A stretch of DNA of 64,000 nt from an uncultured Acidobacteriota bacterium. Its GTDB lineage: Bacteria > Actinomycetota > Acidimicrobiia > Spongiisociales > ZC4RG35. The position numbers and the translations under genes are program-made. Within the stretch, counting starts at the first letter, position 1; the number at the start of each line of letters is the position of its first letter. Below are positions 1 to 9,643 of the stretch, piece by piece. The stretch lies in NCBI GenBank assembly GCA_963848695.1, contig CAWKEI010000010.1:4905-68904 (forward strand), given 5' to 3'. The notes below the pieces were generated by a model. That model was not told where the DNA came from, ran no database searches, and worked only from the letters and a program-made list of their open reading frames with translations.

Positions 1-672
1 GCCGGGCATCGATCTCCCGGAGCTGCCACATGCCACGAGCTCCAGGGTGGGGTCGACCGCCCTCATCGCATTGGCGGTCTCGAACGCAAGCCTCCCGTAC
101 TCCTCGGCGGACTTGTGGCCGATCTGCCAGGGGCCGTCCATCTCGTTTCCGAGGCACCAGGTCCTGACCCCATAGGGCTGTTCTCGACCGTGGCGGCGGC
201 GCAAATCCGAGAGCCTGGTCCCAGTGGCGACGTTGGCGTATTCGACCAACTCTGCGGCTTGCCGGGCACCTCGTGTCCCCAGATTGACCGCCAACATGAC
301 GTCGGTCCCCGCCTTGGCCGACCAACGGGCGAACTCGTCGAGGCCGAACACGTTGGGCTCGATGCTCCGCCACGCCCGGTCGAATCGAGCTGGGCGCCGC
401 CCAACCGGCCCCACGCCGTCCTCCCAGCGATAACCGGAGACGAAGTTCCCACCCGGGTAGCGGACGATGCTCACGCCCAACTCTCTCACCAGGGCCAGGA
501 CATCGGTGCGGTAGCCGTCTCCGTCGGCATGGGGATGATCCGGCTCGTACAGCCCCCCGTACACACCCCGGCCCATGTGCTCCACGAGCGAGCCAAAGAC
601 CCGACGGTTGACCTGGGCCGTGACGGCGTCCGGGTCGATGGTCATCGACACCCGCAGCGGCCCTTCCGGCAT
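1..672 (-). CDS. alpha-L-arabinofuranosidase (GH51) N-terminal fragment, gene continues beyond window start
   Basis: My translation of the minus strand from ATG at ~672 gives MPEGPLRVSMTIDPDAVTAQVNRRVFGSLVEHMGRGVYGGLYEPDHPHADGDGYRTDVLALVRELGVSIVRYPGGNFVSGYRWEDGVGP..., typical of the GH51 AbfA N-terminus. Not in the ORF track because no stop lies inside the window. The track ORFs 63..452(-) and 115..687(+) are out-of-frame shadows of it. Confidence 0.6.
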   Translation of the reverse strand, partial: MPEGPLRVSMTIDPDAVTAQVNRRVFGSLVEHMGRGVYGGLYEPDHPHADGDGYRTDVLALVRELGVSIVRYPGGNFVSGYRWEDGVGPVGRRPARFDRAWRSIEPNVFGLDEFARWSAKAGTDVMLAVNLGTRGARQAAELVEYANVATGTRLSDLRRRHGREQPYGVRTWCLGNEMDGPWQIGHKSAEEYGRLAFETANAMRAVDPTLELVACGSSGRSMPG

Positions 673-748
673 CGCCAGTCACGCTAACGGCTCACGTCGA
701 CGGGTGTCACAAGACATTTGGCTCGACGGCAAATAACGTTGAGCGGAG

Positions 749-1753
<1,005 letters not shown>

Positions 1754-1908
1754 CGGCTCGCACAGCGCACTGACCAGCGGCTTTAGCCCAGGACTGGCTC
1801 TGAAGTCCACGAGAAGTCCGCGGGGCTCGCGTCTGCTCGAACACGCCGACGAGTTCTACGGCCTGGAGACCTGTGGGCAGACTCGGAGAAGAGGGAGTCG
1901 AGTACCGC

Positions 1909-2397
1909 TCAGCTACCGCCGAGGGCCATCCCGGCGAGCGCAACTACGAACAGGTAGGCGATCACATTCCCGTAGCCGGCCATCCTGGCCTGCAGGCTCT
2001 GCATCTCCGCTGCCTGCTCGTCAGTAGGAGGACCACCCGCCGAGGCGATGGCGGCGCCGAGTTCCTGGACTCTCTTTCCTGCTGGCCGTTGTCGTGTGAT
2101 GCCGATCAACAAGGCCACGATGGCGGCCAGAGCTCCGAGGGTCAGGGCATAGTCCTGCCAGCGGGCGAAGGTCGGAGCCTCCAGAGCGAACAACCAGAGC
2201 CCGGCGGCGACCGTGACCACGCCGCTGCCGATGAGCCTCGCCGTCAGGTTTCTCTTCAAGAGTCCCTGCATGAACGGCCCCGCCGACGGCCCCACCTCTC
2301 GCGCGGTCGGAGTGACGAACCAGCCAATCAGGATCGCTGCACCGGCCCAGAAGCCCCCGGCGACAATATGGATGACGCGAAGCGTCGTGATCACCAT
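1909..2397 (-). CDS. hypothetical small integral membrane protein (4 predicted TM helices)
   Basis: 162-aa ORF with hydrophobic helices separated by short loops. No recognisable catalytic motifs. Confidence 0.4.
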   Translation of the reverse strand: MVITTLRVIHIVAGGFWAGAAILIGWFVTPTAREVGPSAGPFMQGLLKRNLTARLIGSGVVTVAAGLWLFALEAPTFARWQDYALTLGALAAIVALLIGITRQRPAGKRVQELGAAIASAGGPPTDEQAAEMQSLQARMAGYGNVIAYLFVVALAGMALGGS

Positions 2398-3011
2398 GTC
2401 GTTCTACCACAACGGTCGAGCCGACACGCCCCACGGGTGGCGCAACCCTGCCGGTTTTCCCCGCCGACCGGTTGACGACCGGAACGATGGGGAAATGGGT
2501 AGAAACGGATAGACCTAAACGCATAGCGTTTCTGCAGGTCAGAGGCCCTTTCTCGCCTGTTTCCGCTGGTCAATGAAAATGGTGGCTTCAGATGAGCTAC
2601 ATCGGCGGCTAGAGCGTCGCGCTGCCGAAAGACTCATCTCGATGGTCAGCGAATAGTCCCGCGGACCCAGGGTCAGGGCTTTCGGTTGGTGCATGCCCGC
2701 TCATATCATGGGTCCCGAGCGAAACATCGCTCACACCCATCTCACGGTTCCGCCGCCAAGCGCGCCCGAGGAGATGCCGATCTGGGCTTGAAGGCCCGGT
2801 CGACGACCAACGAAGAAATAGAGCATCACACCTATGAGCAACGAAGAAACCACTGGGCGCGAGAGCCCGCGACTTTTGAAGAGACTGCGGGCGAGCCTCG
2901 AAAGACCTCATGGCCACAAAGGACAGGTGCCCGGAGTTCGACAGGTCCCGCACCACCTTCATAACCCCGATGCGCTAGGACGGGCCACGGTTCGCTGAGC
3001 GAGGCCTCGGC

Positions 3012-3779
3012 TTACGTGTCGGGACGAGCTATATCGAAGGTTTCGCGTGCGGGGGCCCCGGTCGGAGCCGGCGCTCTCCGCCCGCCCGACGCCACCCGAT
3101 AGCCCGCCCAGATCAATGTCACCGCGGCGAGCAGCGACAACGCGAAGGCACTCGACTCGCCGAGGGCGAGACCGGTGCCGCCCGACGCTGCCGCCAGCGT
3201 GCCGGCGAGGATGAGCAGGTTCCCCCAGACGATGCGGCGGTTCTTCTTCCAGAATCGGAAGATCGAGACCACCGACAACACGGCCAGGATCGTGGCGCCC
3301 AATGCCCCCCCGATGATGGCGAACAGCCTCGGCCCGAATCCCGAGGCGAACACGTCATGGGGCACCCCGGTCTCAGGCAGGGGATTGGCGAATGGCACGG
3401 TGGCGGTCAGGGTCGTGGAGATGGCGGTGAAGGCGCCGAGCGCGATGGCCATGACATGACCCGACCGCTTCCCGACGACCAGGAACATCGAGCCCAGGGC
3501 CAGGAACGGGATGTTGAGGATGGCGCCGAATAGATAGAAGATTCGGTACATGGGCCCGGTCCAGCCGACGGTGACTCCCAGGAAGAACGCCCAGGTCGCG
3601 ATCGCGAACATCACCATGCCCGTCCCGTATGCCGCGATGTGGGGACGGGGCCGTCTTCGGTAGTCGAGCCAGAGATCGACGGCGAAGATCGACGCTGCCA
3701 GCGCCGCGACAAGGGCCAGAGCCGCATCCACTCCCGCCAGGCTAGAACGAGGCGGAAGCCCCGGCCGACCGGCGATCAA
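3012..3779 (-). CDS. polytopic membrane protein of unknown function, start overlaps ABC ATPase stop (co-transcribed)
   Basis: 255-aa ORF with ~7 hydrophobic segments. A 4-nt overlap with the upstream ATPase gene suggests translational coupling. Confidence 0.5.
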   Translation of the reverse strand: MIAGRPGLPPRSSLAGVDAALALVAALAASIFAVDLWLDYRRRPRPHIAAYGTGMVMFAIATWAFFLGVTVGWTGPMYRIFYLFGAILNIPFLALGSMFLVVGKRSGHVMAIALGAFTAISTTLTATVPFANPLPETGVPHDVFASGFGPRLFAIIGGALGATILAVLSVVSIFRFWKKNRRIVWGNLLILAGTLAAASGGTGLALGESSAFALSLLAAVTLIWAGYRVASGGRRAPAPTGAPARETFDIARPDT

Positions 3780-4798
3780 GACCGCGAGAAGATGCGGGCG
3801 TCGGTGGCGCGGACCCGGGCCGGCTGACCCACCCGGTAGAGGGGACGTGGGCCGATCCTGGCCCGGACCCGGGTGCCCTCGTGGAGGGCGAGCGTCACCA
3901 ACTGGTCATGACCGAAGAACTCGGACCCGGCCACCACTGCATTCGGCGTCTCGCCGAGAGAGATCTGGACGTTCTCCGGTCTGACAATCACGGACACGGT
4001 CCCATGGAGATCGGTCTCGAAGGCGCCAACCGGGGTGTCGACTCTTCCATTGCGCGCTACTGACTCCAGGACATCGGCATCACCCAGGAACTCAGCCACC
4101 CATTGGTCGGCCGGATTCGAGTAGAGATGGCCGGGGGTGTCGGCCTGCAACACGCGCCCTTCCCTCATCACGGCGACGATGTCGGATGTTGCCAGCGCCT
4201 CCTCCTGGTCGTGAGTGACGAACACTGCCGTGGTGCGTGCCTCGGTGAGGATGGTTCGCAGCTCACGGCGCACTCGGTCACGCAAACTGGCGTCGAGGTT
4301 GGAGAACGGCTCGTCGAGGAGGATCACCTCCGGCTTGGGGGCGAGGGCCCGGGCCAGGGCGACGCGCTGTTGTTGCCCGCCGGATAGCTCGTTCGGCATC
4401 CGGCCCTCCAATCCAGTCAATCCGACCAGTTCCAGAACCTCGGCCACACGTGGCCCTCGGTCGCCTCGGGGCAGCCCATAGGCGATGTTCCCGGCGACGG
4501 TCATGTGGGGGAAGAGGGCGTAGTCCTGGAACACCATTCCCACCCGACGCCGGTCCGGGGGGATGAACTCTCCCGGCCCGAGCACGGTCCTGCCATGGAT
4601 CTCGACCGATCCTCCGGCGGTCTCGAAGCCGGCGATGACCCGTAACGCGGTGGTCTTGCCACACCCCGAAGGCCCGAGGATGGTGACAACACCACCCTCC
4701 CAGACGTCCAGGCTGAAATGGTCCAGGGCCACGGCGTCGCCAAAGGACCTGGTCAGGTCCCGGGCGCGGATGGCGAGCCGGTCAGTCGCTGAGCTCAC
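3776..4798 (-). CDS. ABC transporter ATP-binding protein, FbpC/PotA-like with C-terminal TOBE-like domain (iron(III)-type importer)
   Basis: Walker A GPSGCGKTT, signature LSGGQQQRVALARAL, Walker B ILLDEPFSNLD. 340 aa with a C-terminal extension. Confidence 0.85.
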   Translation of the reverse strand: MSSATDRLAIRARDLTRSFGDAVALDHFSLDVWEGGVVTILGPSGCGKTTALRVIAGFETAGGSVEIHGRTVLGPGEFIPPDRRRVGMVFQDYALFPHMTVAGNIAYGLPRGDRGPRVAEVLELVGLTGLEGRMPNELSGGQQQRVALARALAPKPEVILLDEPFSNLDASLRDRVRRELRTILTEARTTAVFVTHDQEEALATSDIVAVMREGRVLQADTPGHLYSNPADQWVAEFLGDADVLESVARNGRVDTPVGAFETDLHGTVSVIVRPENVQISLGETPNAVVAGSEFFGHDQLVTLALHEGTRVRARIGPRPLYRVGQPARVRATDARIFSRS

Positions 4799-6356
4799 GT
4801 GACATCAGGAGGAAGAGTGGCACGATCGAGACCACGAGGAGCACGAGGCCGGCCGCCGAGGCTCTGGTCACAAAACCCTCGGCGGTCGAGCTCCAGATTC
4901 GGATTGCCAGCGTCTCGAAGCCGTTTGGGCGGAGCAGGAGCGTGGCAGGGAGCTCTTTCATCACGCTGAGAAAGACAAGAGCAGCCCCGGCCAGCAGCCC
5001 GGGCACGGCCAACGGGAGCGTCACCCTCATCAGTGTTGCCATGGCCCCCTTGCCCAGCCCCCGCGATGCATTCTCGAGATCCGGGCTCGCTCTGACCATG
5101 GCGTCCTGGGCCGCCCCTACCGCCTGGGGAAGGAAGATCGCCCCGTAGATGATCACCAGGTAGAGCAGGGTTTGATAGAGAGGCCGGGCCCAGGAGAGGG
5201 CGAAACCGACGGCAGCCACTCCGACGGTGATATGGGGGAGCGAGTAGGCGCCCCACATTGCGGACTCCACCCATCCCGAAAGCCGGCCCGGTCGGCGAGT
5301 GGTCACCATGGCGACCGGGAACGCGAGGATCACGGTGAGGAGAGCGGCGATCACCGCCACCCCCAGAGATCGTCCTGTCTCGGCACCCAGCGACCCGATG
5401 GTCTGGTCCGACGCGACCCCACGCCCGACGGAAACCGCCATCACCAGGAGTGGGATCCCGAGCGTGACCAGGGCGTAGACGGACAGTCCCGAGATCGAGA
5501 GAGCCCGGGGCCATCCGGTGAGGGCGATCAGGGGGCGCGACCGCCGCGGTCGCCGGGAGTGCAGGGCGATCCTGGCGCGATACCGGCGTTCGACCAGGAG
5601 GATCAGGATAGCGAGGATCATCAGGATGAGGGAAAGGGTCGCCGACGGCCTGCGATCGATCTGGCCCCGATACAGGGTGTAGATGGCCCGGGTGAAGGTG
5701 TCATATCGGAGCAGGGAGACAGCCCCGAAGTCCGAGATCGCGTAGAGGCCAACCAGAAGGGCGGAAGAGACGAGGGCGGGCTTCAACTGCGGCACGGTGA
5801 CCGTGCTGAACACCCTCCAGCGGCTCGCCCCGAGACCTGTGGCGGCCTCCTCGGTGGCCGGGTCGATCGCCCGCAACCCGGGGATGAGGGTGAGATGGGC
5901 CAGGGGTGCGGTGAACAACGACAGGACGAGCCACGACCCGACGAAGCCATAGGGCGTGGGCACTTCGACCAACACGCCGGAAGGCCCGGTGGCGGCGATG
6001 AGCGTGAGGGCTGCGACATAGGAGGGGACGACCAGGGGAAGCGCGGCGAGGGTCATCCAGCCTCTACGGAAGGGGAGCCTCACCCTGTTGGTGACCCAGG
6101 CTGTAGCCAATCCGATGGTGACCGCGGTGATCGTGACGGCGATGGACAGCATTGCCGTGTTCAGCAACAACTCGGCCAAACGCGCTGGGGGAATGGCGAG
6201 GGAGGTCCCGCTCCCCATCACCTGGAACAACAGGCTGATGGGGGGTATCAGCGAGGGGAGCAGGGCGATCCCTGCAGCCAGCCACCAGCCCCGACCTCCG
6301 GGATGCCGAACGGGCCGGGCGATAGGGCGCGGCGGGGCGATCGGCCGGATGGTCAA
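4782..6356 (-). CDS. ABC transporter permease, duplicated two-domain type (FbpB/ThiP-like)
   Basis: 524-aa protein with ~12 TM segments and two permease halves. Overlaps the ATPase and SBP genes. Confidence 0.8.
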   Translation of the reverse strand: MTIRPIAPPRPIARPVRHPGGRGWWLAAGIALLPSLIPPISLLFQVMGSGTSLAIPPARLAELLLNTAMLSIAVTITAVTIGLATAWVTNRVRLPFRRGWMTLAALPLVVPSYVAALTLIAATGPSGVLVEVPTPYGFVGSWLVLSLFTAPLAHLTLIPGLRAIDPATEEAATGLGASRWRVFSTVTVPQLKPALVSSALLVGLYAISDFGAVSLLRYDTFTRAIYTLYRGQIDRRPSATLSLILMILAILILLVERRYRARIALHSRRPRRSRPLIALTGWPRALSISGLSVYALVTLGIPLLVMAVSVGRGVASDQTIGSLGAETGRSLGVAVIAALLTVILAFPVAMVTTRRPGRLSGWVESAMWGAYSLPHITVGVAAVGFALSWARPLYQTLLYLVIIYGAIFLPQAVGAAQDAMVRASPDLENASRGLGKGAMATLMRVTLPLAVPGLLAGAALVFLSVMKELPATLLLRPNGFETLAIRIWSSTAEGFVTRASAAGLVLLVVSIVPLFLLMSRELSD

Positions 6357-6357
6357 C

Positions 6358-7362
6358 TCACACCAGGCCCGCCTCGGCCACGAGGCGGGTGGCGAGATCG
6401 AGAACGCCTGCCAGCTCGCCGAGATCGATATCAGGGGAAGCGATCTCGGACAAGGGCGGCACTCCCTCGGGTTGGGGCGTCCCCTCGACCAAGGGATATT
6501 CGAACGTCTCGGTTGCGAAGTAGGCCTGGGCGTCCTCAGCCAGCAGGAAATCGACGAATTCCTGCGCGATATCGGGGTCTTGGGTCGCGGACATCATCCC
6601 GACTCCCGCCGTCATCACCAGTGAGCCGACATCCCCTGCCGGGATGAAGTAGTTCTCGGTGTTCTCGCCCTGGCCTTCTGCTCGGAGACGCAGCAAGTAG
6701 TAGTGATTCACCAGACCTCCGGACAGCTCGCCGGTGTCGGTCGCGTCGACGATCGGAGCGTTTCCGTCGAACTCGACCGGGTCGTTGGCGGCCAGCGCCT
6801 CCAACCATTGACGGGTCCCGTCTTCGCCCCGTTCGAGGATCATCGCCGAGATGAAGGCAAGGAACGAGCCATTGGTCGGAGCCACGCCCAGTTGGCCCGC
6901 CCAAACCGGATCGACCGTGTCATCGATGGTCTGGGGGAGCGGGATGTCCGAGTCGATGTTGTGCGCCACGACCCGGACCCGCCCGGAGGTCCCGATCCAT
7001 TTTCCCTGACCATCCTGGAAACGAGGCTCGACCAGGCCGAGAGTCTGTGAGGGCAATTCCGACATGAGCTCGGCGGCCGCGCCCAGCGAGGCGGGGTCTT
7101 GGGCGAAGAAGATGTCGGCCTCGGTTGTCTCGCCTTCGGCGAGAAGGGTGGCGGCGAGCTCTCCGGAGTCGGCGTATCGGACTTCGACTTCGACACCCGA
7201 AGACGATTCGAAGTCTTCGATCAGCGGAGCCACCAGCTCCTCACTGCGCCCGGAGTAGATGACCAGAGAGTCTTGGGAGCCCCCCTCGCCTGAGCCTCCA
7301 CAGGCCGCCATGAGTGCCGCGGCGACGAGCGCACCGACGATCAACCTCTTCAAGGCCGCCAT
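6358..7362 (-). CDS. ABC transporter substrate-binding lipoprotein, iron(III)/FbpA-AfuA family
   Basis: Signal peptide plus lipobox (LMAAC GGS). VIYSGRSEELV motif typical of ferric-binding proteins. 334 aa. Confidence 0.72.
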   Translation of the reverse strand: MAALKRLIVGALVAAALMAACGGSGEGGSQDSLVIYSGRSEELVAPLIEDFESSSGVEVEVRYADSGELAATLLAEGETTEADIFFAQDPASLGAAAELMSELPSQTLGLVEPRFQDGQGKWIGTSGRVRVVAHNIDSDIPLPQTIDDTVDPVWAGQLGVAPTNGSFLAFISAMILERGEDGTRQWLEALAANDPVEFDGNAPIVDATDTGELSGGLVNHYYLLRLRAEGQGENTENYFIPAGDVGSLVMTAGVGMMSATQDPDIAQEFVDFLLAEDAQAYFATETFEYPLVEGTPQPEGVPPLSEIASPDIDLGELAGVLDLATRLVAEAGLV

Positions 7363-7406
7363 CCTCCAGATCGTTAGCTACCAAACAAATCGAGGAAAAT
7401 CTATTA

Positions 7407-7424
7407 GCACTACGGCCGTAGTGC
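7407..7424. promoter_or_regulatory. 18-bp perfect palindrome GCACTACGGCCGTAGTGC in AT-richer promoter region 45-62 nt upstream of the SBP start; candidate operator
   Basis: Read directly in the sequence. It sits in an unusually low-GC stretch (ccaaacaaatcgaggaaaatctatta...) immediately upstream of the divergent start of the importer operon. Confidence 0.3.
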
Positions 7425-7598
7425 AAAAGGTCGACAGTTTGAAGTCTGCCCATCAGGGGTATCGGCGAAAAGCAGGATCGAGTACTCGTCGGCCATGCGA
7501 TGCCGGGTTCCCAGAGTCCCCCCGCCCGGGCGTCGCATGGCCGACTCCGAAGGGCCTTCGCGATTGATCGGGGCCGCCCCTTTTCTAGGCCGTCACCG

Positions 7599-8279
7599 TC
7601 AAGGACGGAGCCGATTGGTCTCCAGATGTCTGCCCCTTGGGGTGACCGAGCGGCGAGAGCGTCCCCTGTCGTCCAACCAGGACGAGAGTGCCTCGAGAGG
7701 CGATAGACCGTTTTCGTGTTGCCACATCACACGTTCGGTTGGCGAACGCGGGCCGGGTCTGGTTCGAGCGGTGAATATCGTCGGTCCATGACGCCCCATC
7801 ACTCGCTCGGCGAGCTCCGCCTTTCGGGTTTCGCCTGCCTCAACCTCGATGGTGAGGCCGCCAACCGGATGGGCCAGGAGATCTTCACGACGAGGGGGAT
7901 GGGCGGTGGCTGCCATGGCGCTTCCAATCCAACCGGTGAGTGCCCCAACCACGGCGCCCAGCCCGGCGTAGAGCAACCAGTGCCTGCCATCGAGCCAGAC
8001 GATCGAGGCGAGAGCCGTGATCGTCCCCAGCGCCAATGCTCCGGTAGCGGCCGTGATCAATGGATGCTCGAACAGACGGCTGCGGGGGACGGGCAGGGAG
8101 GAGAGGGTCCATGGTCCCAATGGGGCTATGACCGTTGGATGTAGACCGGCCTTCTCCAGGTCGTCCACCACGGCGTTGGCGACCGAGGGGTCGGGATAGG
8201 CCGCGCTGAAGGTGCTGACCTGCTCTTCTTCGGGTGGTGCCTGGGTCGAGCGTTCGGAAAACGGCAGGTGTGACGACAT
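7599..8279 (-). CDS. hypothetical membrane protein
   Basis: 226-aa ORF with a central hydrophobic region. No motif recognised. Confidence 0.35.
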   Translation of the reverse strand: MSSHLPFSERSTQAPPEEEQVSTFSAAYPDPSVANAVVDDLEKAGLHPTVIAPLGPWTLSSLPVPRSRLFEHPLITAATGALALGTITALASIVWLDGRHWLLYAGLGAVVGALTGWIGSAMAATAHPPRREDLLAHPVGGLTIEVEAGETRKAELAERVMGRHGPTIFTARTRPGPRSPTERVMWQHENGLSPLEALSSWLDDRGRSRRSVTPRGRHLETNRLRP

Positions 8280-8306
8280 TTGATCGTTCCTGGATAGAGG
8301 TTGTGA

Positions 8307-8660
8307 CTACCCCTGATCCGACCCGTCGTAACCCCGACGGGCCGCCGCAAGACCCCGTGCCCGAGTCAGACCACGGTGGGCCCAACTATGACTCGGGGGC
8401 GCATCTGACGGGGGAAACGCACCGCGCAGCGTGACCGTCCCCTGGTCGATGTCGATATTCACGGTAGCCATCGGTGCCTCCCACTCATCGGATTTCAACG
8501 ACCGATGAGACGGACCAGCCGAGCCCGACCGCAAGCTGTCCACTGCTTTTGCGAATCGACGGGCCAACTGTCTCCGACGCTTCTTCCCCTGCGAGGGGTC
8601 GAAGAGATAGGCGGCCGAAGCTCCGATCACCGCGCCTCCGATCAGGCTGACACGGTTCAC
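8307..8660 (-). CDS. YtxH-like membrane-anchored small protein (start moved to GTG at ~8660, after the metallothionein stop)
   Basis: The segment LIGGAVIGASAAYLFDPSQGKKRRRQL resembles the YtxH/DUF948 motif. The first 29 codons of the track ORF 8307..8747 overlap the metallothionein ORF out of frame. Confidence 0.3.
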   Translation of the reverse strand: MNRVSLIGGAVIGASAAYLFDPSQGKKRRRQLARRFAKAVDSLRSGSAGPSHRSLKSDEWEAPMATVNIDIDQGTVTLRGAFPPSDAPPSHSWAHRGLTRARGLAAARRGYDGSDQG

Positions 8661-8812
8661 GACGGCCCGGATGCGGGAACCCGGCTCGCACGGCAAGTGG
8701 CGTGGTCGCAGCCACAGAAGCCGCCGGACATCGTGCCCACCTCGCAACTCTCGCTACAGAACTCGCCTTCCTCCATCACCAAGCAGGTGCAGGACTCATG
8801 AGCGCATTCCAT
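8657..8812 (-). CDS. bacterial metallothionein, SmtA/BmtA-like (51 aa, 10 Cys + 2 His)
   Basis: My translation: MECAHESCTCLVMEEGEFCSESCEVGTMSGGFCGCDHATCRASRVPASGPS. The pattern C-A-x3-C-x-C...F-C-S-E-x-C...G-C-x-H-x2-C matches SmtA (KCACEPCLC...YYCSEAC...GCGHTGCNC). GGGAGA RBS lies 5 nt upstream of the ATG at 8812; an alternative ATG is at 8824. Shorter than the track cutoff, so not listed. Confidence 0.55.
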   Translation of the reverse strand: MECAHESCTCLVMEEGEFCSESCEVGTMSGGFCGCDHATCRASRVPASGPS

Positions 8813-8881
8813 CGAATCTCCCATTGTCAGGTGGAAAGTTCATACCCATCAGGAACGTCGGCAAAACCGAAGCGGGCATCC

Positions 8882-9643
8882 TCAGGGCTCCCACACCGCG
8901 CTGGCTTCGATATCGGGGAAGCGGGCCGGCTCGATGCTCGTCAGTGGGGTGACGGTGACGAAGTTCTTGGCGCAGAGGGCGGTGTCGCTCCCCGGATCGG
9001 TCCCCGCAGACGACGACCCGACGACGAATTGGAGCTTTCTGTCCTCGACGTCGGCGTTGGCCACCCGGAAATAGCCGAAGTCGTCCAGATCCGCCCAGTG
9101 GATCCCGTTGACCTCAGAGATAGGGACTCCGGGAACGTTCACATTGAGCACATAAGGGCTCCCGGTGCGACCGAGGAGCCAGCGTGTCGCCGAAACACCG
9201 ACCTCGACTGCGGTGTCCCACTGCCACGGTTCGGACTGGGCGAGGCTCACCGCGATGCCGCGGCTGCGAAAGGTCCGCGCGGTGAGCGCGGCGCCAACCG
9301 TTCCCGAATGGATGATCGAGTGCCCGACGTTCATCCCTGCGTTCACTCCGGAAACCACCAGGTCGGGAAAGCGGCCGAACGCCCCGAGTGCTGCCGCCAT
9401 CACGGCCAGGCCCGGAGGTCCGGCGATGGTGTACGCCGTGATCCCGCCGAGATCGACTGTGGTGAGGTCCACCCCTCTGACCGGGTCGAAGCCACCGATT
9501 CCGGTGCCACTGCCGGACATATCGCTCGCCGGGGCAGCCACCACGACGTCGAATTCCTCTGCCAGCCTCGCGGCGAGCTTCCGGAGCCCCGGGGAATCGA
9601 TGCCATCGTCGTTGGTGACGATGACCCGGGGAAGGTCCTTCAT
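8882..9643 (-). CDS. surE: 5'/3'-nucleotidase SurE
   Basis: N-terminal VIVTNDDGIDSPGL motif, 253 aa. Confidence 0.9.
   Translation of the reverse strand: MKDLPRVIVTNDDGIDSPGLRKLAARLAEEFDVVVAAPASDMSGSGTGIGGFDPVRGVDLTTVDLGGITAYTIAGPPGLAVMAAALGAFGRFPDLVVSGVNAGMNVGHSIIHSGTVGAALTARTFRSRGIAVSLAQSEPWQWDTAVEVGVSATRWLLGRTGSPYVLNVNVPGVPISEVNGIHWADLDDFGYFRVANADVEDRKLQFVVGSSSAGTDPGSDTALCAKNFVTVTPLTSIEPARFPDIEASAVWEP

Noticed and set aside
63-687. Track ORFs 63..452(-) and 115..687(+)
   Set aside because: Both are composition-biased. The third minus frame encodes the GH51 arabinofuranosidase fragment that explains this region.
5172-6647. 491-aa plus-strand ORF, highly Arg/Gly/Pro-rich
   Set aside because: It lies entirely antisense to the well-supported ABC permease gene and has no motif. 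Typical high-GC shadow ORF.
8307-8747. 146-aa ORF as given in the track
   Set aside because: Its first 29 codons overlap the metallothionein ORF in another frame. A GTG at ~8660 directly after the MT stop gives a more plausible YtxH-like protein.
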